Assembly (NCBI RefSeq): GCF_016433145.1
Contig: NC_058132.1
Coordinates: forward strand, 16,905,261-16,969,260
From: Gracilinanus agilis
Lineage: Eukaryota
Direction of reading: 5' to 3'
DNA length: 64,000 bases
Shown in pieces: positions 37,291 through 48,805 of the stretch. Position numbers and translations under genes: made by a program. Numbering within the stretch: position 1 is the stretch's first letter; every line of letters starts with the position of its first letter. The notes below the pieces were generated by a model that had not been told where the DNA came from, did not search any database, and saw only the letters and a list, made by a program, of their open reading frames with translations.

Positions 37291-37954
37291 CTGCACAGAT
37301 GATATACAATGTGTATTTCTAACTCCAGGCTTTCTCCTAGACTCCCAGAAGTCTGCTGGACATGTCCACCTGGATTCCCTGTTGGCATTTCAAATCAACC
37401 TGTCCTGGCTTCTGTCAAGGGTTCTATCATCTTCCCAGTCACCAAGCTTCCCAACTTTGGCATCATCTGAGATTGTCCCTTCCTGATCTATCCCAGAGCC
37501 CTCCCAGTGCATTTTCAGCAACCCATCAGCTCACAACCCCATTCCCTCTTTGCCTTGGGAGGTACTGGGGACTTCCGATGGGTCTGAACAACTGCTCTGC
37601 CTATGTTGTTGCCTTTAGAAAATGAATTCTAATTTCTGGCTTTCAGCCTTCTTTCTCATTTGGAAAGGAGATAACCAGTATCAGCTCCAAGTCTCACGAT
37701 TTGGGCTCCAACGAGACGGGGCTAGGCTGCCCAGAGAGGTATCAGAAGTGGAGACCTGGTCCCAGAGCACAAAACTGGGAGCAAGGGGCAGGGAGTAGGC
37801 ACAGGGTGGATAGAGTTCAATCTGATGTAAAAAATAGCTTCCTACCTTCAGTACTTGTCACCCCTTGTTAAATAGAAGCTCCATGAGGGCAGGAACTGGT
37901 TCATTTTTATCGTTGTATCCCTAGGGACAAGTACAGGGTCTAGCACATTTTGTT

Positions 37955-38200
37955 ATTGAGCCATTCTCAGTCATATCTGACTCTTATGACCCCAGTTGGG
38001 GTTTTCTTGGAAGAGGTACTGGAGTGGTGTGCCATTTTCTTCTCCAGCTCATTTTATAGATAAGGAAACTGAGGCAAATGGGGTTGAGTGGCTTGCCAAG
38101 GGTCACACAGCTAATAAGTGTCCGAGGCCAGATTGGAACTCCAGAAGAGGAGTCTTTCTGACTCCAGTCCTGACAGTCTATCCACTGCACCAGCTAGCTG
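37955..38200 (-). mobile_element. Mar1-type CORE-SINE
   Basis: Same family signature. Confidence 0.75.
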
Positions 38201-38825
38201 CCCTACACCTGGCACAGAGTAGGTGCTTAATAAATTAACTAAAGTCACCGTGCATATGTGGGATGAGCTACCTCAGCATTGTGCTCCCCCTCACAATCTT
38301 CTCTCTAGAAACCTTCAGTCATGTGTCAAAGACATGGCAGAGGGGATTCCTGGTAAGGAATAGGTTTAATCGATGTCCTCCGTGGCTCCTTCTGGCCCTG
38401 AGATTCTAGGACTGTAAGACAGGAGACAACATTCCCTAACAATTGCAGTCACACCCATGTGGGACTGACTGCCTTGGTAGGCAGTGGAGTCCCTTGCACA
38501 GGAGGTCTCTCAGCAGAAGCTGGAGAGTCACTTGTTCAGGACATTGGACAGGGAACTCATGGTCCAGTAGGGGGTTGGCCTGGAGGCCATTGAGATGTTG
38601 TTCAACTGGGAAATGCTGTGAATTCTGTGTGAGAGAGTTCTCTCATTAGAGGTCTTCAGGCTCATGGGCAATGACTCCTTGTCAAGAATGTCATGGAGAT
38701 GGGGCAGCTAGGCAGCTCAGTGGTTGACCTTTACCTCTCTCTACCTTGGAACCAGTACATAGTATTAATTCTAAGATGAAAGGTAAGGGTTTAAAGGGGG
38801 GCGGGGTGCAGAATGTCATAGAGGG

Positions 38826-39025
38826 AGGGACAGCTAGGCAGCTCAGTGGATAGAGAGCCAGCTAGAGACAGGAGGTCTCGGGTTCAAATGTGGGCTCAGA
38901 CATTTCCTAGCTGTGTGACCCTGGACAAGTCATTTAACCCCCATTGACCAGCCCTTACCACTCTTCTGCCTTGGAACCGATTCTTAGTATTGATTCTAAG
39001 ATGGAAAGTACGGGTTTTAAGTAAA
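38826..39025 (+). mobile_element. SINE1_Mdo-type SINE (preceded by a deleted copy at about 38700-38800)
   Basis: Family consensus. Confidence 0.8.
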
Positions 39026-39280
39026 TAAATGTTTGTTGAGTGAGTGAAGGAATGAGGTACCTAGTGGGGGCCCTTCGGGTTTTGTTGAATCTGCTGAGAC
39101 CGAGACACAAATAACCACAAATCACGGTGCTTCTAAACACTTTGGAATTTCTGGGTCCTCTCGGTCCCATCCTACCCCGAACACACACAGGTATAGGCAG
39201 GGGTCTCTCCAGGGGCAGGGAGAGCAGGGATTGTGAGGAGCAGGGAGAGGCTTCCTAATCTTGACTAATCCAATCCCCCG

Positions 39281-39897
39281 TTACAGGCTACTGTGAAAGG
39301 CCCGCTTTATGACTCTCTGGGCATTCTTGGCTGCCCCAGTCAGGTACGTCCTGAGCATTTGGTAAACGACGGCGAAGGAGTAGCCGCAAGAGGCCACGAC
39401 GCCCAGCACTGGCACGGAGGACAGCTCCTTGGCAAAGACCCCTGTGGGGCCGTGGGTGGCCTCGGCCAGCAGCTCGATCACCTGCGCCTCGGTCACCTCT
39501 GTGGAGGGCCCCAGGATGGCGCTCTGCATGACCCGCAGGGGCTGGCCCGTCTGCTGGGCCAGTTTGCAGAGCGAGGTGGAGTCCAGGCCAAAGCTGCGGC
39601 GGTAGGTGTCCAAGGAGCGCATGAGCTGGCTCAGGTCGCAGGTCACTCCCTTCACTCCTGGCACAGGCTGAGGGTTGCTGCTACAGGCCACCGTGGCCAC
39701 GAGCCAGATGTGCTGCTTCAGGGTGTCCTTCTTCTTCTCCAGGATGGCCTGGGACACGTTGGGGAGGGCCACCAGGAAGGCGTGGTGCTTCTGGGAATCC
39801 ATGTCTTTCTCTATGATTTCAATGAGTAACTGGAAGTCGTACTTGCCCAGCTCAAACATGGAAAGCAGGAAGACCTCGGGGTCCATCACCCCCTCAT
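39281..39897 (-). CDS. Second IRG (p47-type) GTPase gene, coding exon 2 (G5 and C-terminal helical domain)
   Basis: Acceptor ttcttgtcttcctcag|AT at 39898; EGVMDPEVFLLSMFELGKYDF...YRRSFGLD...AQRVIKRAFHSSL-stop aligns collinearly with the IRGC C-terminal half in this window. Confidence 0.9.
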
Positions 39898-40104
39898 CTG
39901 AGGAAGACAAGAATCCTAGTGGTCTTTCCGGGGCCCCTTCTCTCCTCCCACTTCGTGGTCCCCCTTCCTCCTGGAAACTTCTTCCATTACTCAGCACCCT
40001 CTTTTCTGAAGAAGACTTTGCTCCACCTTCCAGACTGTCTCCCCTCTTCCTGGAAGGCTGGCTTAAGTAAGTGCCTTAAGGAAGTCTTAAACAGAGAAGG
40101 GCTC

Positions 40105-40490
40105 AGGGACAACTAGATGGCTCAAAAGATAGAGAGGCAAGCCAGGAGACAGTGAGGGAGGGTCCTCAGTTCAAATCTGGCCTCAGACCATTCCCAGCTA
40201 TGTGATCCTGGGCAGGTCACTTAAACCCCATTGCCTAGTCCTTACCTGTCTTCTGCCTTGGAACCAATATACCATATTGATTCTAAGACAGAGGGTAAGG
40301 GCTTAAAAAAAAAGAAAAGAAAATGGGGTCTCCTGGGGCAGCTAGGGAGCAAAGTAGATAGAGTACCAGGCCTGGAGTCAAGAGGACCTGGGTTCAAATC
40401 AGGCCTTCCTAGCTGTGTGACCTTGGGTAAGTCACATAATTCCAATTCTGTGGCTTTTACCACTCTTCTGTCTTAGAATTGTTGTCAGAA
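40105..40490 (+). mobile_element. Two adjacent CORE-SINEs (about 40105-40320 and 40336-40490)
   Basis: Two tRNA-like heads, each followed by CORE. Confidence 0.8.
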
Positions 40491-40627
40491 CCTAAGTGTC
40501 TTTTAAAAAAGAAAAAAAGATAAGGTCTCTCTCTGTTATCTAGGGCCTATCTCCTCCAGATCTGGTCATTCTCCTCCTCCTCTGGGAAGCCCTACCAAGC
40601 TTCCTAACAAGCCCCTGTCCAAAGGAC

Positions 40628-40999
40628 TGTATAATTGAAAATCTTGAACCTTTTGGACTCCATCACCCAGAATTCTTTTTCATCTCCCAGAATCCTTTTT
40701 AACTTCATTCACATAGCGTCTTTACATATTGTGTATATAGTTGTCTGTAACTCCACCTCTCGCTCTCTTTTTTTCCTTACGTGCAAGATTGGGTTGGCAC
40801 CCATCTTACTCTAGCTCTTTTTCTTTAGTTATTATTAATAAACTTTATAAAATATAATACTTAGTTATTGTATATTAATTTTAATTCTCACAATTTGGCA
40901 ACCACGAAGGGACAGAATTCTAAAAAATATTTTTTAAACCTTTGAGAAAAGAATTCTAGGAGATGGAGTCCAAAAAATTCAAGATTTTCCAATCATACA
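40628..40999 (+). mobile_element. ERV LTR plus tRNA-Arg PBS, closed by an inverted copy of the LTR 5' end, 4-bp TSD
   Basis: TG...CA LTR 40628-40892, AATAAA 40837, PBS TGGCAACCACGAAGGGAC 40896-40913, 53-nt inverted arm 40947-40999, GGAC on both flanks. Confidence 0.75.
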
Positions 41000-43838
41000 G
41001 GACACAAGACTTAGCTACAACATCAAGACCACCCCTCCCCCAACTTGTCCTGGAAGCTTGACTGCCAGAGCTTAACTCTCACTGGGCAGGCAGTCCTCTA
41101 ATGGTCCTGTGCATTCAAATTAGGACTCCCCAAATTCTGTAGGACAGGCACGACGAATGCCACAGAATCCCAGGCTTGCAGGGAGATGTCCAGGACAGAA
41201 GAGGGAGGTATCTAATGCAACCCCTTCCTGAGCAGGAACACCTTCCACAATTGATCATCCAGCTTCTGTGGGAAGATGCCTAATGGCAGAATGCTCACTA
41301 CCTGGGGTGTTTTATCATTGTTTTAATTTAATATTTAATTAAGTATTATTGATTCATTTTCTTATTTTATATTATATATAATATTAACATTTAATTATAT
41401 CATTATTCATGTAGTAATAATTATTATTCATAGAATCACTACACCTTGGAATTGTGAGGAGGGACTTCAGAGGGCATCTAGTCCAGCCCTGACCTGTGCA
41501 AAAATCTCCCTCCAAAATCTGAAAGAAGCCATCAACTCTCATGGAAACTCACTACCTGCCACGTCAGTCCATTCCTCACTGAAAGAGTTCACCCATTTAG
41601 ACCTGGAAGATCCTGGAGATCATCTACTGAAGAGGAAATGGACAACCAGAGAGGCTGTCATATTCAAAGTCACAAAGTGTCCAAGGAAGGATTGGAATGC
41701 AGATCCTCTAACTTCACCATCTTTTCCGCCACACCACAGTGCCCTCAACCCTGAATTGTTTGAAAGTTCTTCCCTAACATGCAGCTCACAACTGCCTTCT
41801 GCCTCCTGTTCCACCCTCCAGGTGGGACTAAAACAAGGGGACTGGATAGATTGTTCTCCATGCCCTCCCAGCTCCATCTCTGGGGTCCTGCAAGCCCGTG
41901 GTCAAGCCCAGTCGATTTTCCAGGCTTCCTCATCTGCTACCAAACACAGATACTTAGAAAACCCAGACTTACTATGGAAAAGGCTCTTCCATGTTCATTC
42001 CTCCTATTTTCCTGGAGGACACTATCTAGGCTTCACCTTTCCCTTTCACACCTTCCCTCTTCTCATACCTGCTTATAAATTCCATCTACCTCCATCAGAT
42101 TATGATTCCTTGAAAGCAGGGTCTGGGTCCCATCTCTGCAGCCCCTTGTCCAAGCAGATGCTCAATTAAAGTTTGTAGAATAGAACTGAACAGAGCCCTG
42201 GCCTTGGACCTCCAGCTGGTATTCTCTCCCCTTCATGAAAGAAAGGTCCTGCTCAGAGCGGTGACTAAGGTGGGCTGAAAGGGACTTTGCTGGGGGCACT
42301 TAAATGCAAAGGGTACAAAAATGAGCTCTTGGCCTCTTTCTGAAGACCCCTACTCACTAACTGGCAATTCTGCGCTTTGTTGAAGAGAATAATTAGTCCG
42401 ATAGGAAACCACCACTATCTTTGTGCTACTAGAGTAACTAATGACTCCTCCTGTTCATCTAGACTTCTCTAAAATTGCTTCCTGAACTGCTTTCACAGCA
42501 GGAATCACCACATTGATTTGAGGGTCTGCTTTGCTGCTTGACTCAGGTGCCCAGACTGCTACCGAAAGCTCTTCCCATTCTGATCTTTCTGCCCTCCTCT
42601 ACCTCCAGTAATAAAGGTGCCCCTCTGGGGTGTGGCAGCTTCTAGAAGGCTCACGAGAAGGTTTTCTGCCTCGTTTCCATTTTCCATCCCAAGACCCTCT
42701 CAATTCTGTTGTAGTTCACACCCATAGATTTGTCTAGGGGTGGGATCTCCATATGGCCCCCCAATTTAATGTGACCATAGTTCCCCTCTCCGGTTCTCAT
42801 TCTCTTCCTCATTCATTCAAAGAGAAACATTCCCACCCTGCTGACTTCATGAAACGATCTCTAAGATTGAAAACTCAAAACCAAATCTTGGAGGATTGAC
42901 TAAAGGAATTGGGAATGTTTAGTCTGGAGATTCAGGGGGAACAGGAGAGCCACTGTCCAATATGGCGGTCTTTGGAGAAAAGATTCAACGTATAGCTTAG
43001 GGGAAATTACAGAGAGACCAAACGAACATTAGAAAATCCACTCATCCCCAAGAAAGAATGGGAATACTTTTGGAATTGAGAGAGAGGCATCCCCAGACCC
43101 TGAGAGCCCTTGGCAAAAAAGCAGAGGGTGGGCAGCTTATAAAACAAATGCTGACCAAGTTACAGTTGAGCATGGGAAAATTAAGAGATCTACTGACCCT
43201 AAACATGAAGAGACAGAGACATGGGACTTGGTGACCACTAAATACAATTAGGAAAGGAAAAAAAAAACAGAGGTAAACCTGAAGACACAGAGAGGAGAAA
43301 TTCTGGTTTTGTGTTCAGAGAGGATGGCCTGCGTTGAAGAATCTGCTGAGAGGAAATCAGGCAAATTTCTAGATAAATTTCTGAGAAATGGGGTAGGGCT
43401 CTTGCCTTATACAAGTCTTCTATGAGGGCTTGTAGACTTTCTACTTTCTAAATGAGCTGCTGCAGGAAAGGTTTCAGCCTTTTCAGAGAAACAAAGCATG
43501 GCAGAGCCCACTCTCCCCATGAGGAAGAACGCTCTCTCTCTCTCTAGCTAAGGATTCCAGTTGAAATCAGAATTTGAAATGGGAGAGAAACTCCAATATT
43601 TCATGCCCATTGGACCTCTGCCTGCCAGCTGCCAACACTGACCACACATCCATTAGAACAAAGCTGGGCAGCAGCCACAGGAGGCCAGTAGAGAGCAATG
43701 CTTGACAGAAACTAGAAATCTGATCCAGCTGTGTCGCCACATGTTCTCTAGCTGCAGATGTCACTTCTATTTGTGCCCCTCTATGCATAGGTTTTGACCA
43801 CACATATATTGTCTGGGTATGCCCCTTTACATGTGGGT

Positions 43839-44350
43839 NNNNNNNNNNNNNNNNNNNNNNNNNNNNNNNNNNNNNNNNNNNNNNNNNNNNNNNNNNNNNN
43901 NNNNNNNNNNNNNNNNNNNNNNNNNNNNNNNNNNNNNNNNNNNNNNNNNNNNNNNNNNNNNNNNNNNNNNNNNNNNNNNNNNNNNNNNNNNNNNNNNNNN
44001 NNNNNNNNNNNNNNNNNNNNNNNNNNNNNNNNNNNNNNNNNNNNNNNNNNNNNNNNNNNNNNNNNNNNNNNNNNNNNNNNNNNNNNNNNNNNNNNNNNNN
44101 NNNNNNNNNNNNNNNNNNNNNNNNNNNNNNNNNNNNNNNNNNNNNNNNNNNNNNNNNNNNNNNNNNNNNNNNNNNNNNNNNNNNNNNNNNNNNNNNNNNN
44201 NNNNNNNNNNNNNNNNNNNNNNNNNNNNNNNNNNNNNNNNNNNNNNNNNNNNNNNNNNNNNNNNNNNNNNNNNNNNNNNNNNNNNNNNNNNNNNNNNNNN
44301 NNNNNNNNNNNNNNNNNNNNNNNNNNNNNNNNNNNNNNNNNNNNNNNNNN
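43839..44350. other. Assembly gap (inside the coding intron of the second IRG gene)
   Basis: N run. Confidence 1.
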
Positions 44351-44639
44351 TGTAAATGTTTAAGCAAAATTGAGATAATTTATCAAGGATGTCATAGAAT
44401 GCTGACTAGGAATTGGAGTAGATGGGATAGTTGCAGGATGAAGCCAATAGAGAGAGAAAGAAAATGAGATAGAGAATAATCAATAGAGAGAGAGAATAAT
44501 CAATAGAGAGAGAGAGATCCTGAGAGAGAGAGATCCTGAGAGAGAGGAGAGGGGCCTGGATCTACTGCATCCTGAAATGGGAGAGAAGAGAAAAAAAAGC
44601 AGATGAAGCCAGAGAAGGCTGTCTACTAAGTTTAAATTA

Positions 44640-44830
44640 AGCTGAGTTCAAATCTGGCTTCAGACACCAACTATCCATGTAACCCTAGCCCAGTCACTTA
44701 ACCCTGTTGGCCTCAGTTTCCTCATCTGTCAAATGAGCTGGAGAAGAAAATGGCAAACCATTCCAGGATCTTTGCTAAATTCCCAAATGGGGTCATAAAG
44801 AGTCAGATACAACTGAAAAAAAAAAATGAA
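44640..44830 (+). mobile_element. Mar1-type CORE-SINE
   Basis: CORE plus ggggtcataaagagtcagatacaactga tail. Confidence 0.75.
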
Positions 44831-45360
44831 TGACAACAAAAATAAATTGATCTAGAAGCTCTCCAGGGGACCTTCAGGCTTGAGATTTCAGGATTTTATG
44901 AAATGAAGGATATTAAAGTAGTGAGCCTCCCTTCTCTAGAGATTTTTAAGTTGAGGTTGGATGACCATTTGTCAATAAGGCTATGGAAGGAATTCCTGTT
45001 TGTGGAGGGGTTCGGCCAGACACCCTTTGTGGGGGCCCGTCTGCCTTGAGATTTTAGAATTCTATTGATATTAGGGATAGGAGGGTAGTGAGCTCCCTGT
45101 CCCTAAAGGTCTTCGGAGCAGAGGCTGGATGACTATTGATCACTGAGTCTACAGGACAATTCCTACTCAGGGAGGGGTTGGACATTCTTAGGCCACCTCA
45201 GTTCTGAGATTCGGTGCTTCTTTAGTCCTATCAAGCGTATGAGTGATTAAAGAAGTCGAGGTCTGTTTTGAGAGATGGCCCATCTGGGGAGTAGCCCTTG
45301 GGGATCTGAGACTGACCATTCTGGGCCCCCCAGATTGTTCCCTGAACGCCCATTCCTCAC

Positions 45361-45901
45361 CTTCCAGTTCGGTACAGCATTTCGCCCGGATCTCACAGAG
45401 CACGCCTTCCTCAGAGAAGGTGGTGGGCCGGCGTTGGCGGGAAGCAGCCATGTCGATGTCGACCTTAGAGCGGATAAAATAGAAGGGTTTTCCCTGGTCT
45501 TGGATGGCGCAGGCGAGTTGAGCGTGGCTGGTGGTGAAGCGTTCAGAGACCATGATGAGGAAAAAGTCATAGCGGCTGGGCAGGAGCTTATCCAGGTACT
45601 TGTTAGCTTCCATCAAAGGGGTCTCTACGCCTGGCATGTCCCAGATGATGACGTTGGGGAATTTGGGGTGTGGGTATGGTGTTGGGTCAGCGATGATCTC
45701 AACCACCCCCGTCTTGGCCGAGCCTTGGTCTTCATCGCCCAGGCCACGGATGACGTTGACAAAAGTGGACTTGCCCGACCCTGACCCTCCTGTGACAGCA
45801 ATGTCCAGACGGACGTTCTCTAGGTCTTGAAGGGTAGCCCGGAGCTTGGCAGATGCCACTGGTACTGTGCCTTCTTCGAAAGTTTCCTGGGGAGCAGCCA
45901 T
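45361..45901 (-). CDS. Second IRG GTPase gene, coding exon 1 (N-terminus, G1-G4)
   Basis: Acceptor cttcag at 45905 then GGG ATG G (good Kozak); G1 GGSGSGKS, G3 WDMPG, G4 RSKVD; donor GAAG|gtgagg at 45360, phase 1. Confidence 0.9.
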
Positions 45902-46134
45902 CCCCTGAAGAGGAGGAGTCGAAGTGTCTCTCCTGGGTTGTCTCTGGCCGTAAAATGAGAAGGCTCAGGGAGTTTCAGCTTGGGGGCCGATGGATGACCT
46001 TTGAGGGAAGGTGGGAAGGAGACATATCAGGCATCCCTCTGCTCACTGGGAGCAATGGGAAAGTCCCTTCCCGTCTTCGGGCCTAAATTAGTTTCACTAT
46101 AAAAGGGGGAAGTTATCTGAGGGCTCTCCCAATT

Positions 46135-46445
46135 CCCAATTCCATGTCCTAAGGACCTACCTACCCAGATCTGATTATTCTCCATTCTAAGGGTTCCCCC
46201 AACGCCAACATTCCATGTTCTAAGGACCTACTCAGCCCTGGCATTCTCTATTCTAAGGGTCCTCCCAGCTCTGATGTTCTCTGTTCTAAGGTCCTCCCAG
46301 CTCTGATATCCCATGTTCTAGGTTCCCTCTCAACTCTAACATCCTATGTTCTAGGTTTCCACCTGGATATGACATGTTCTAAGGTCCAGCTCCAATATGA
46401 TAGACCTGGATGACCTCTATGTCCCACTTCAAGCTCTAAATCCTT
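46135..46445. repeat. Degenerate ~30-bp tandem array (…ccatgttctaaggtcctcccagctctga…)
   Basis: About ten recurrences of (g)ttctaagg/ttctagg at short, regular spacing. Confidence 0.75.
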
Positions 46446-48040
46446 TAACTTTGTGACTCGTAAGTCCTCCATGTCTTAGGGAAGTTGATTCAGTGGACTA
46501 GAACATATAAGTCTGGCTTGGCCCCGCTTCACTACACACATCTCCAGCCATTGGCCACCAAGCCATTATTGTCCCTGGGCCTCTCCTCCCCCCTTATTTC
46601 CACTTCTTTGGCAATAATCAAATCAACTCTGCTGGGTTCCTAGTTAAAGAGCATCTCTCTATTCTGACCCTACCCACCACTCTGGGGGTTTTCTTACCCA
46701 AGAACCCCTCCCTAGCCAACCCTGCTGAACCTGTGCTCTCACCATCCAGTGGGCACCTGTATATGCTCCCTTCCCAGCCCCTCCCCAGGTTTAGTCCAGT
46801 GCTAGGTACTTAGAATCACTCAATAAACATATCTGTGCCCAGATTAACAAAAGAGAAAAGAGAATCCTTAAATAATCCCATCTCAGAAAAAGAAATTGAA
46901 CAAGCCATCAGTGAATTCCCCAAGAAAAAATCCCCAGAGCCAGCTGGATTTGCAAGTGACTTCTATCAAACATTTAAAGAATAACTAATCCCACTACTAT
47001 ATATATAAACTATTTGGGAAAATAGGCAGAGGAGTACGACTAAATTCCTTTTATGACACAAATATGGTACCATTACCTAAGCCAGGAAGAGCAAAAACTG
47101 AGAAAGAAACTTACAAGCCAATTTCCTTAATGAATATTAATGTAAAAAGTTTAAATAAGATACCAGCAAGGAGACTATAGTAATATATGACAAAGATCAT
47201 TCACTATGAACAGATGGGACTTACACCAGGAATGCAGGACTGGTTTAATACTAGGAAAACCATCCACAATATGGACCATATCAATAAATAATCTAACAGA
47301 AATCACATGATTATCTCAATAGATGCAGAAAAAAAACCTTTGACAAAATACAATACCCATCCCTGTTTAAAAAAAAAACACTAGAAAGCATAAGAAAAAA
47401 TGGGTCATTCCTTAAAACGATAAATTGTATCTACCTAAAACTTCGTCAGGTATCATCTGCAATGGGGATGTTAGAAGTCTTCCCAATAAGATCAGGAGTA
47501 AAGCAAGGATGCCCATTATCACCTCTATTATTCAATATTGCATTAGAAGTGCTAGCTTTAGCAGGAAGGAAAGAAAAGGAAATGGAAGGAATGAAAGTAG
47601 GAATTGAGGAAACTAAACTATCACTTCACAGATGATATAATGGTATACCTAGAAAATCAATTAAAAACTAGTTGAAATAAGTAAAAACATTAGTGAAGTT
47701 GCAGGATATGAAATAAATCCATATGAACCATCAGAACCATATATTATTAACAAAGTTCAGCAACAAGAGATAGAAAGAGAAATTCCACTTAAAATCACTC
47801 TAGACAGTATAAAATGCCCAGGAATCTACTGGCCAAGACAAACACAGGAATTTCATGAACACAATTACAAAATACTTTTCACACAAATAAAGTCAGATCT
47901 AAATAACTGGAAAAATATTCATTGCTCTTTGGTAGGCTGAACTAATATAATTAAAATGACAATCCTACCTAAATTAATTTACTTATTCAGTTTCACACTA
48001 ATCAAACTACCAAATAATTATTTTATAGAACTAGAAAAAA

Positions 48041-48311
48041 TAAATGCCATCTACATCCAGAGAAAGAATAGTGGGAGTAGAAACACAGAAGAAAGACATT
48101 TCCTTGATCACATGGTTCAATGGGGATATGATTGGGGATATAGACTCTAAATCACTCTTTTGCAAATATTAATAATATGGAAATAGATCTTGATCAATGA
48201 TACTTGTAAAACCCAGTTGAATTGCATGTTGGCTGAGGGAGGTGGGGTGGGAAGGAATATGAATCGTGTAACCATGGAAAAATATTCTAAATTAATTAAT
48301 TAAATTTAAAA
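48041..48311 (+). mobile_element. Short L1 3'-end insertion nested in the L1
   Basis: 14-bp TSD AGAACTAGAAAAAA at 48027-48040 and 48312-48325. Confidence 0.8.
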
Positions 48312-48612
48312 AGAACTAGAAAAAACAATGAAATTCATGTGAAACAACAAAATGTGAAAAATGGTGACCTAGCAGTCCCAGATCTTAAATTGTGCTATAA
48401 AGCAGCAGCAATCATCAAAACAATCTGGTGCTGGCTAAGCAATAGAATGGTAGATCAATGGAGAAGATTAGATACACAATACACAGGGATAAAAGACCTC
48501 AGGAATCTAGTATTTGACAAACCCAAAGATCCTGGCTTTTGGAATAACTCACTATTTAAAAAAAGACTACTTGGAAAAATGGAAAACAGTATGACAGAAG
48601 CTTAGTATAGAC

Positions 48613-48805
48613 CAGTGGTTCCCAAACTTTTTTGGCCTGCCACCTCCTTTCCAGAAAAAAATATTACTTAGCCCCCTGGAAATTAATTTTTTTTAATTTT
48701 AATAGCAATGAATAGGAAAGCTAAATGCACCTGCAGCTGTCACCGCCTCCCTGGATCACTGCAGCACCCACCAGGGGGCGGTGGTGCCCACTTTGGGAAT
48801 CACTG
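48613..48805. mobile_element. hAT MITE nested in the L1
   Basis: TIR CAGTGGTTCCCAAA/TTTGGGAATCACTG; TSD GTATAGAC with a 1-nt deletion in the right copy. Confidence 0.88.

Noticed and set aside
39281-45901. Calling the two IRG ORFs separate pseudogene fragments, or IRGQ/IRGM
   Set aside because: Canonical splice sites join them in phase with a gap-free alignment; the intact GKS P-loop excludes IRGM (GMS) and the degenerate IRGQ
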